Shown here piece after piece: positions 12,560 to 22,505 of a stretch of 64,000 nt of DNA. Location: positions 927,676 to 991,675 of the forward strand of contig NW_019217786.1 in the NCBI RefSeq assembly GCF_002571385.2. The letters are read 5' to 3'. How positions within the stretch are numbered: the stretch's first letter is position 1; each line of letters begins with the position of its first letter. The DNA comes from Stylophora pistillata (lineage: Eukaryota). Position numbers and translations under genes: made by a program. The notes beneath the pieces are model-generated. The model searched no databases. It saw nothing but the letters and a program-made list of their open reading frames with translations, and had not been told where the DNA came from.

Positions 12560-15500
12560 TCCCAATTATACCAGGGCCACGAAGCGGCCTGCCAGTATAA
12601 TTCAAATTATATAAACAAACGAAGTGAGAAATATGTGAGTTCCACCCCTCAAACCTTGTATCTGGTATTTTCACACAGCGTTAAAGAGATGCAAAGGATC
12701 ATGGGACCATGTGCTTGTACAGGGGCACTATGGGATTGCGTCACCTTTTGACCTGTCCCTGGGTGGGGACAGGCTTTAATATGCGTTAAAAAGTGGTTCG
12801 AAGCACAAATAAGCGGAATTCTACCTGATGCTTTCTCATATATTTCTCATTTCGTTTGTTTATATAATTTCAATTATACTGGCAAGCCGCTTCGCGGCCC
12901 AGGTATAATTAGGATTAAGTTCGTTGGTTTTGAAGGAGGTGCCATTTCCCCATCAGTAGGTTCTTGAGGCTAGGTAAAGCCGGGTGACAGTACAAAAGAC
13001 TGTTTAATTCTGTGCGTTACTTTCTTTGTTTTTAAGTGACCCTCTTCTTTCGGAGCAGATAACCTAGTCTTATATCTCTCCAGAACTTCGATGGGTATCC
13101 TCTATTCCCTTCTTTAAGCGTATTTTGAAACTGTACGTGTTTGGTAAACACGGAGCGCGTGGGATTTGTTATTAGGATGCGAAACCCGTCTCTTTTTGCA
13201 AGTCCTTTCTTTACGCCACGTAAAAAGTGTTGACTGGCCAGCATGACTCTTGCCAGGCGTCGAGTGTGATATGAACGACTTTTTCCGCAGTTGCCCGTAT
13301 GTAAACTAAAACAATGGCGTGGTTGACAGGGATCCTTTGAGACGGTGGCCAACAATAAATCGAACGAAATGACTACTTTTAGATTTTTCAAGTTAGTACA
13401 GTAGCGACTGAAATGTTTCTTTCCTGAGGTAACTTTTTATCCCAAGCAATGAAAGCTAGTCAGTGAGTACGAGTGTGCACTTACGTTCTCCTTGGAGAGC
13501 CAGGAGTAAAGTCCTCGTCACTGGCCTGTGTTTTTTGTGCTTTCGTCCATTTGGTTTTGAGCTGGAACCAAGCAAGGAACGCAAGGGGTCACATAATAGA
13601 CAGTATCAGACAACTGGATAAATGATATATACCGTCACCCCGTTGTGTCAGGACAGAGAGGATACCAAACGTGAAAAAGCTGTCGGTTAACTTTTTGTCC
13701 TGTTTCACACTTTTGTCCGAAGAATCAATTAAGAAAGAATTAAACACGCAATGAATGGATTTCTTTTTATCGGATTCTGGTGTTCGCGCAAAGATTCCTA
13801 AGAATCTCCATGCAACCGAGGAAGACACTGCTCCATACTCTTGTATCTTTCACTTTGACTACTGTAACTTGCTTCTATTTACTCTACCTAAATATCAACT
13901 TGATCTTTTACAGAAAGTTCAGAACGCCTTTCGCCATATGTATCCTTTCAGTACCCTATAATGATTGCCCCGTGGCGATCCCAGCAAACGCAAGGATCCA
14001 AGATTGGCAACTCATTCATTCAAGTAATCAAGGACTTGGATAATTACATAAAATTCCAGGTAAAATCCACACCTCTTCCTGCCATTAGAGGCGATGTGTT
14101 GAATAAAAAAAAAACATTGATTTTATTCCTCGATCTATTCCACGAAATTTTTGGTTGGTACTTTTGTTTAATGTCGGAATCAGGGAATTGTTATGATTAA
14201 CTTAAACTTTTCGCCAACATTGAACCAAGAATGAACTAGCGCGTCAAGATTTACCTGAGCCAATGGTATGTCACTGCTGTTCCTCTTCAAGGATCTCTTC
14301 GCTGATCTTGAGGAAGACGTTGTCGGATCCGCCTTGTCTGCTACTTCATGGTCCTAAAGAAAGAAAGAAACAAATAAACAAACAAACTGTTTTAGGGTCT
14401 TGCTACCAGCTCCTCAGGTCGAAATAGTGAAACAGCTTTCGCAATAATAATAATTGCGAAATGATCTCGAACCGATATAATGTCCCTTTTCTTCATACAA
14501 GTTTAAAGCAGAAAAAGTAACAAATGAGCGTTAGAATAAAAAAAGACAAGACTTAATTTGATTTCGAACACCCACAGCACTACTAGCACTGATGAGTGTA
14601 CAGAGTCAACAGGGATGCAAAATGAAACCCATAAACTTTTATTCTCACTGAAGAAGAGGAATCTGTTTTTGAAGAGACGCTTCTTTCAGCAGCGAGTTCT
14701 CTTTCCACGTTTTCTTTCTCATGTTTGATCCCCTCTATACTCCTATCCTTGTCGTCAAGTTGTCTCTGGTAATCCCGTTTCGTTTTGCGCAGTTCCTCTT
14801 CCATCTCTCGTCTCAAATCCTGCTTACACTGCTCGCGGATGGTGGACAGTTTGATTTCATACTCCGCCTTTTTGGCGTTAGCCACCTCTAATGTTTGACG
14901 CATGGTTTTCATGATGTTGTCTCTTGAATCGTTCATTTTGCTGATTTCTTCATCCTTCTTTACTAGCTTTTCCTCCAGAGTAGCACGCTCTTTCTGCAAG
15001 ATGGCTATTTCCTTCTCCATGTTCTGCATCCGCTCGGAGGCGCTACGCTCATAAACTTCGTTCTTGTTGGACATATTTTTCATGGCATCACTAGCAGCCA
15101 TCGCTTGGTTCTTCAAGTTGGTAATTTCCTTTTTCTTTATGTCCAGCTCCTTGGTTGCAAAGGCGTTCTTTTCTTGCCAAGTTTGCAGTTCTGTGGAAAG
15201 AGTCTCCAATTCACCTTGACGTTCGTCAAGTGCCTGTCCTTGTTCAGCTAATATTATATCTTGCTCTTCTAAAACTTTTTTCAGGTGGGCAATCACATCT
15301 TTGTCCTTTCTTGCATCTGCGGAAAACAAGAACNNNNNNNNNNNNNNNNNNNNNNNNNNNNNNNNNNNNNNNNNNNNNNNNNNNNNNNNNNNNNNNNNNN
15401 NNNNNNNNNNNNNNNNNNNNNNNNNNNNNNNNNNNNNNNNNNNNNNNNNNNNNNNNNNNNNNNNNNNNNNNNNNNNNNNNNNNNNNNNNNNNNNNNNNNN

Positions 15501-18500
15501 NNNNNNNNNNNNNNNNNNNNNNNNNNNNNNNNNNNNNNNNNNNNNNNNNNNNNNNNNNNNNNNNNNNNNNNNNNNNNNNNNNNNNNNNNNNNNNNNNNNN
15601 NNNNNNNNNNNNNNNNNNNNNNNNNNNNNNNNNNNNNNNNNNNNNNNNNNNNNNNNNNNNNNNNNNNNNNNNNNNNNNNNNNNNNNNNNNNNNNNNNNNN
15701 NNNNNNNNNNNNNNNNNNNNNNNNNNNNNNNNNNNNNNNNNNNNNNNNNNNNNNNNNNNNNNNNNNNNNNNNNNNNNNNNNNNNNNNNNNNNNNNNNNNN
15801 NNNNNNNNNNNNNNNNNNNNNNNNNNNNNNNNNNNNNNNNNNNNNNNNNNNNNNNNNNNNNNNNNNNNNNNNNNNNNNNNNNNNNNNNNNNNNNNNNNNN
15901 NNNNNNNNNNNNNNNNNNNNNNNNNNNNNNNNNNATTCCTTTTTTACACTCTGCCAACTCGGTTTCCAGCTCATTTATCCTTCTCCTGCTCTCATTCTTG
16001 ACACTCTGCAATTCTGCATCTTTCTCCCAGATTTCTGTTTCTACTCCTACCTTGTCTTGAGCATTTTCTTTGTTCAAGTCTACAAAACGCTCTGCCTGAT
16101 AAAGTTCGCATTCTTTCTTGGACAAAACTGCGATCTCTTCTTCAAGAGCTTTCTTGCCACTCTTCAATTCCGCTATCGTCTTTAAATTCTCCTCTTGAAT
16201 GTTCTTCAGTTCCGTCTCCTTTTCTGTAACTTGTTTCCTTACGTCGTCCAATGCAGCCATTTTATCACAAATATCTTTCTTAGCGTTATCCAATTCTGTC
16301 ACCGTTTTGCCAAACTCCTTCTTCATCAATTCAAGTCGAGATTCTTTTTCTTTGCACTCGCCTTTGATAGTTTCCACTTCAGCTTTGGCATCACGAATCT
16401 CTTGAGTAGCTGCCTCAAGTTTCTTCGTCAAAGCAGCCATCTTGGTGGCCTTTTCAGAAATAACGTTGTCTGTCTCCTTGGCCAGGGCGTTTCTCTTTGC
16501 TTGTGAATCCTCAATAACCTGATTTAGTGACGAGATCTCCTTCTCCAGCTCTTTACAGCGTTGCTCTCCTTTCTGAAGCTCGTCTTTTATTCTTATTAGT
16601 TCTTCATCGTTGTCAAATGCTTGAGCTACATAACTCCTCTCACGGGCTAATTCTTCTCTTGTCTCCTCCAATGTCATAACCAATTCTTTCATCATTGTGT
16701 TTTTTGTCTCTAACTGATGCTCTGTGTCTGTAAGTTTGGCCAAGGCAGCGTTCAGGGCACCTTGCGTCCCCAAAAGGTCAGAGGAATTTTCCGTCTTTAT
16801 AGGCGCTGCGTTCCCTTTCTCAAACTCATTCGTGAGATGTTGTAGGGTTGCGTCCTGTATGCGGTGAGAACAAAACACAGGGGAGTTAGTCTGACTATCT
16901 CAAACGATTCAAGTCGTACACGCAGCTCGCCTGAGAAAACGGAAAGTGTGGGATATTTGAGCTTCGATAGCCTTTATGAACTTCGGCGTCAATGTAATGA
17001 ACTTTACGTGTTTTCAGCCATTTTGAATACTGACGCGCGGTCGACTTTTAAGAAAATAAGTATCAAAATATACGTACAAAAAAATTATTAAACGAAGATA
17101 GAAAGTCATGGACTTTGCCTGAGTACCAAGGAGAGTCAATAAACTAGTACAGAACCAAATGCCTTCCATCTTTCACCGCAATTTAGTGTTAGGCTATCAA
17201 GGGACGTTGAGTTAAGAAGTCGTCAATTAAATTGTTAGCGAGCTCATATGTCTGGTCGTGTTTCGTATCATCCCTCAGTGTAGCTGTCACATTGTCACGG
17301 ACGTTTGCTTCAAACTATCTGATGGACAAGTATTACAACTAAGTTTGGCCAGTTTTCTTCAGTTGTCAAGTGGGCCGAATGNCTGTTTTTTAATGCAAGC
17401 TTCCTGTTCATCAAGTGCTGCTTTCAGTTTACTTATCTCGGCTTCTTTCTCCGAGAATGCTTCGCCAGCCTCTTCAAGCATCTGTTTAAGTTCTGCGGCT
17501 TCCTCGTTAGCGTGATTCAAATGAGCCTGCAGTTCCAAAACTGCCTCTGAGGTCGCTGCCTGTTCTTGTTTGTTTTCTTTTAGTTGTTTGATTTCGTGGC
17601 GCAACTCAGCAATCTGTGCATTCAGTCCACCTACGAGTCGTTGTTGCTCCTGAAAAACAAATAGCAGATTTCTTGATTACGGATCAAAATAGTGAAAAAG
17701 AACTACGACTTAAATCAATTACAAATATTTTGCCATAAGGATGCTGACCCAATAGGCCATCGAAATATTTGTGGAGGTGAGATGGAAAAGCGATCAGTGG
17801 TGCGTTGAACGTCTGAAGTAGAGGTCTGGACGCGAGCCTGTGTTGCGGTCTTGGGATGGACACAACACCTCTCTCCACTCAGGAGCTGCGAACTTTCAAG
17901 GGAGCTTGACGAAATATAAGGGGAGGGGTGAGGGGTAACCTACGATGAACTAGCGTCCCATCCAGGCAGAGAGCATGAGGCGGAGAAGCTGTTGTATGCT
18001 TCTCTCCATCCAGGAGTATAAATGGGATCTGAGGAAATGGTAAGGAAATCTAATAAAACGGTGCGGGTTAGTGGTGATGCGAAAAGAAAAAGAAAACAAA
18101 ACAAAAACCCCTCCCGTCTGGGCAGAGTAGCAAAGCTGGTTGTGTCGTGCTACATGAACTGAAAGAGAACAACTTTACTACACAAACACATAATCATTCT
18201 GTCACCATGGTATATAGCTATTTCACCAACTTACTCACCCGCACTTTAGTCTGCTCTGCATGTAAAAACACACTTGGCACCCATTCCTCATCGTCTTCTT
18301 CTGCTCTTTCGATCCGGGCCCTTTTTCTAGACTTCTTGACCGACTGCGTGAGCAGTTCGATCCTGCGATCACACTTTTCCTCTACAGCGTTTACCTCCAT
18401 TTTAACACGTTGACTGAAATTTGAGAACAAATTGCGCAGTTTCCACTCTGTTCTGTTATTGGGACACCTTTCATAACTAACTGAAAGTTAACACACAGCT

Positions 18501-18768
18501 CAGCTGAAAGACACATTCGAATTTCACTTCTATATGTTCAAGTACGTCACGTCTTGCAAATATGCGCGCTTTACAGGTTCGGCTGATACAAGGGAGACTG
18601 ATATTAACACATTTTCATTCTTTGTTACCTGTAGGCTTCCTCGATGGAAACAAGCTGTTCAGCCATTTCCTTGCAAACTTCTTCTCGTATCTTTATTTCC
18701 AGAGTCTGCATCTTGCGTTTCTCTTCAATAAGTTGTTCTTGGAGAACTTTAACTAAGTCCACAAGTTG
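4775..18768 (-). CDS. Kinesin-6 family (KIF20B/KIF20A-like) stalk and tail; multi-exon, 5' incomplete
   Basis: Exons 18629-18768 (QLVDLVKVLQEQLIEEKRKMQTLEIKIREEVCKEMAEQL, resembling the KIF20 post-motor coil), 18239-18413, 17383-17649, 14649-16854 (long coiled coil, contains an N gap), 14255-14353, 13485-13561, 5447-5540, 5224-5296, 4974-5116 and 4775-4861, ending STRTIIARQLRPRAVKYN* like the KIF20B C-terminus (IIKRRLR). Borders are GT-AG except one donor lost at the N at 17382. Some middle exons are unresolved. Confidence 0.7.
5773..5871. repeat. About 100-bp palindromic MITE-like element
   Basis: TA(T)CCTGTGTAC...GTACACAGGCTA, self-complementary along its length. Confidence 0.7.
6004..6583. 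mobile_element. TIR element (Harbinger-like MITE) carrying a Cys-rich ORF
   Basis: About 36-bp TIRs GGCTCGGTTCAAACGTCAAATTTCACATGTGCCGA and TCGGCACATGTGACATTCGACGTTTGAACTGGGCC. TSD is imperfect (CAA/TTA). Confidence 0.65.
7795..8065 (+). mobile_element. 5'-truncated Nin-domain SINE nested in the DIRS 5' region
   Basis: Core TAGATGTTCTAGTCTTCTCGAATAAGGAC..CCCGTCTC is shared with the full tRNA-headed copy at 36748. Confidence 0.7.
8298..9330 (+). pseudogene. DIRS gag-like ORF1 (frameshifted)
   Basis: ORFs 8298-8864 and 8926-9330 contain the LFG motif (RFLFGEDF) and a basic tail, in the ORF1 position upstream of RT. Confidence 0.7.
9330..11120 (+). pseudogene. DIRS RT / RNase H / methyltransferase-like ORF, disrupted
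   Basis: FYSRIFLVPKK, DLKDAY, LPFGL, YLDD, TSDASKTGWGA, HVLELKA, DLFA and YAFPPF motifs. In-frame stops at 9721, 10273, 10381, about 10682 and about 10796, plus frameshifts. Confidence 0.9.
11120..12073 (+). pseudogene. DIRS tyrosine recombinase
   Basis: N-terminal SAM-like part (STRKTYQSTWGEW) is frameshifted near 11340. The catalytic part 11375-12073 is open with R (KRASSL), K, HSVR, W and Y (TFQKFYYKP). Confidence 0.9.
12265..12556. mobile_element. Non-autonomous Crypton-like hairpin element inserted in the DIRS internal complementary region
   Basis: Long hairpin AACAATTATTCCACGAGCGCG..GCGTAGC..AAGCGCGAGTGGAATAATTGTT, CCAAT motifs near the far end, and TAAT on both sides (12261-12264, 12557-12560). 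The Crypton label is inference. Confidence 0.7.
13850..13930 (+). mobile_element. CR1/L2 LINE RT C-terminal fragment
   Basis: FDYCNLLLFTLPKYQLDLLQKVQNA matches the LDYCNSLL..LQxVQN motif. Confidence 0.6.
17795..18040 (+). mobile_element. Degenerate tRNA-derived SINE
   Basis: CTCTCCATCCAGGAGTATAAATGGG and GACTAGCGTCCCATCCAGG-like core shared, in reverse complement, with 37165-37445. Confidence 0.5.
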
Positions 18769-20559
18769 CTAAATGTGACAAAATTGATACGAAAGTAAGA
18801 TCATATGCCAGCATAACAGACTCAAACCCCATCTGATGTTAAACAACACCCTTCTTTTTCACTGACTAGTTTTTTACTTAATGATTTTGTGCCCTCTGGC
18901 AGCTTGACATCAGTAATTAGAGTAACCTCAAGGAGTAAAAAAAGTGTTAAGAGACTAAGCCTAGAGGACTTGTCANNNNNNNNNNNNTATGCCTTGTGTT
19001 TTTAAAAAACAGCACTCGGCATTTTTGAAATTTTCTTGTGGAATTGTCACGTCCCTTCCGATTGGACAAAAGGAAACACAAGATGCACTAAGAAACAAGT
19101 GGGGAAAAAATCGGAAGTGGCCATTGGCATCAATCTAATTTTAAGTAAAGGTGAGATTTTTGGTAATCTGAATGTCACCCGCCAAGAATTACTGAAACAA
19201 ATTGGTCTAGAATTTAATGAATTTGGAGAAGTGGTTGTAGGCCATGTTGACATTGAAAATACATTTCATTGTTTCTTGCCCAAACTGGAACTCAGAGTGT
19301 ACTAAATACACCCAACAATTATCTGATTCTATTGGATTACAAAGATGGTTTTCCGTGGCTTAAATGGTCTCATCATTTTTACCACAGAAACCAGTAGAGT
19401 GAAACTAGTTGAGCCTTACAATTTACTTAGCACAGTTTTGACTGTTGCCCTTTGGTTGGGCAATGATGACTATGAAACAACAAAAAAAATGTGGTCATGC
19501 TGTTTACAAACAGCTTCAAGAGCTAAAAACAATTAAACATCCACTGACTGGGCAAGAAATAAAAATTATTAGTCTGATACACTTGTGGGGATGGTAAGGA
19601 AAGGAGGTTATCTACTGGCAGTTCATCTGCCAAATCTACTTATTCAATCCCAGAAGCCCCAGAGCCAACTGGGTGACATGAAGTTCATCTGTCCACAACC
19701 AGTTTGGACAGTTTTAGATGCAGAGAGTTGCCAAAAAAAAAAAAATTTTGAGATAAACTATGTGGAAAAGCCCCCACTAAACAAAAGCGCAGAGAGTTTG
19801 CAAAACAAAATCTTGGGAACACTGGGCATAAAAATTTGAATGATACAGCCTTTTGGAGTACTACCCTGGTACTGCTCACCTTGGGTTTCAGTCATCTGAA
19901 ACACTATGTTTGCGAATTGCAAAAATTGCAGCAGGTGAAATGTGCCTTTTTCAAACTAGTTCACATCAACAGTGATTGTATTGTGCCAGAAAATATCTAT
20001 ATCTCATCCACAGAAAGTTTTTTTGGTTTAGCACACTTAGGCACCAGAAAGTTGTCTTTAGCTTTACTTTCCTTGCAACAATAGAGGTAGAGGTCTGTAG
20101 GGTGATTATGGATATTTCTACGAAATGTGTAGCTCTGTAAAATTTCATATCTCCCCCATGGAAGGGATATTTTATAAGCACCCCGACCCTCCAGAAATTC
20201 TGAAAAATCTTCAAATAGGTTGAGGCATTTGAGAATGAGACCCCCAGGAATTTTCATTTGCCTTCTGTGGAGGAGAGGGGTGATAATGGGCTAGTTACTG
20301 GAACTACACAATACGAATAACAAAAACAAAATGTGTAAAGCAACATGTTCCAAAATTATCAGAGTCCTTTTAAAATTAGGAAATAACATGTATGCCTATC
20401 ACAAGTTTGCACCCTTTCACTAAAATTCCTGTTAAATTATAATCTATATTTTACATAAATTGGGTATAGTATATAACCCAACTGATACTGTAAACCACAA
20501 TGATACCTGGAATTTTTACAGTATAAAAAGGTAGTTGTGTGCTACACAACTCTGCAAGT

Positions 20560-21520
20560 CTGTCCATTTCATTTCTGTTCATCTTCATGACTGAAGATTC
20601 CTTGAGTCTAGATGTCATGTCATTACCAAAGTTGGAGAGGAAGGTTCGAAGGCAGAGTCGTACTATTGAAGCAGAAGTCAACCAGAAATCGAGTGGCAAA
20701 TGGACGGAGGAATGTATCCTGGCAAGTGAAAAACGACCATACCGGATTACGGTGGGACTGATGCGTCCAAATGAGCCTAAATTGAGCCAGTTGAAAGAGC
20801 TGCTACAAAAAATTCCATCCTTAAGCCAGCAGCCGATGGAGGCCTTCAGGCAACTTACCAACCAAGCTCGAATGTCCATGGAAATCCCGAGGAAAGGTAT
20901 CGGGTCTTGAAAGATCCCACTCCTCAGAGCCAGGTAGTTCGCTTGTGCATGTCTCTTAAGCACATTACCATTGCACAATAAAACTGAGTACGTCCTCAAA
21001 ATGTACTCCCTGATGGAAATGAAACTTTTAAAACAGTCTTCTGTGGGAAAGAATTGAGGGCTGAGACGAGAATACTATCCCAGCATTGGACTCACAGAAG
21101 CCATCCAAGTAAGTAAATTTTCACCTTTCAGAAGTGATGCTGGTGGCCCAAGCAGTGAGTTCTTTTTTCTTGCTTTGACTTCCTGCACCCAGGAAATCCA
21201 AAGTGGTGGTAGTATGTTATTTACAGGCACAGCGAATCACCTTGTGCCTGTTCACGACTGGGATCTGCTTGAGGATGGAAATTTTATTCTGGTTGGAAAG
21301 ATCATTGGTCATTCTATGATACATGGTGAGACTGGCTTTGTTGGTATGTCTCGAGGAATTGTTAAATATATTGAGACAGAAAGTGTGGATGTAGCAGCTG
21401 CTAGTATCACAATTGAAGATGTTCCTGATTCTGATGTTCAAGCTCAAGTTGGCAAAATAATAGATACACCCGATGACGGACTCTCCAAACTATGGATGAA
21501 TGACAGTCTATTGATAGACA
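20560..21520 (+). pseudogene. HECT-like E3 ligase N-lobe fragment (G2E3-like), probably transposon cargo
   Basis: SDAGGPSSEFF, LFTGTANHLVP, FILVGKIIGHSMIHG and TIEDVPD resemble HECT N-lobe motifs. Intronless, disrupted, no C-lobe. Confidence 0.6.
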
Positions 21521-22505
21521 CATGTCTTTCAGAACATTTCTTTGTCGCAAACTTTCCCGCATGGTGTACGATCGAAAACAGATTGAATTGGTGCGCGCGT
21601 TGATTTATGGGATAAGGCATTAAAATTTCTTTCCCCAGGTCCCCGCAATGACGTCACAGATCACCTGGTTCAGCTTCCTTTTTCTCTTCAACAAGTCCTC
21701 TTTCCCTTCATAAGATGCATCAACTTCATCGATGGCTCGCTCGGTAATACACCCCAAGTAGGTTACTTCTAACCTAAAACAACGGCTAATCCGCGAGAAA
21801 CGTGAAAGTTAGCTTAATTTTTTTACAGTAAATCAAACTTGAGGCTCACTGGTAACCTTCCCAATTCAAGTAAATTGTTACATCTCGAGATAAATTATTC
21901 TATTAGTCTCATCCATTTATTTTAATTATTATTGGATGGTCTGGTTTCCATATGGGTTCTTGGTTTTTTTATGAATTTTAGGTATCGATAGGTAATTATT
22001 TAATCATCACGAAATAACAAAAATACAATGGGAGTGATATCCAACAAATTATACAAATAACCATGCAGAAAACTACAAACTGAATAAAAGGTAATTGTTT
22101 AATTGATAGATGGGTATCTATACTTCTATGCAATCAATCTGATAGCTCTACATACCATCTCAAGTTATTTTTGTTTGCAGTGTCAAAACCTATGGTGTTC
22201 TACATTCTACAGGTAAAGAAAGAGGAAAACCAATCTCTTATTTCCTTCACAGCCTTTTTATTGGGGGAAGTCTTTCATGATATCCCAAACAATGGCTGCA
22301 CAGTACAATAATTAATGACAAGGTTTTGTTCAAAGGGAAAAAAAAAAACATTGTTGCAAAACACAAGGTAATAGACAGCACACAAAAATGTCCTTTGTGG
22401 AAACCAAGCAATAATTAGCCAATATTGGATCTTGCTCATCTCACATTAAATTTCAAGCAATAAACTAGTAGCTTGATTGATTTAAGTCATTAACTTGGAT
22501 AAAAT

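Larger units (their letters stand above)
7477..12917 (+). mobile_element. DIRS1-like tyrosine-recombinase retrotransposon, full-length but decayed
   Basis: Inverted terminal repeats at about 7497-7658 and 12686-12846. The internal complementary region (12211-12262 plus 12557-12639) is complementary to both outer ends. Order is gag, RT/RNaseH, MTase-like, YR. TA at both ends and no TSD. Confidence 0.95.

Noticed and set aside
15155-16185. Long plus-strand ORFs across the N run
   Set aside because: Artefacts of the assembly gap, antisense to the coiled-coil exon.
19900-19960. TFHLLQF/AIRKH resemblance to the end of a kinesin motor (ETLxxLKFSAIA)
   Set aside because: Needs a frameshift, is flanked by stops and is too short to distinguish from chance.
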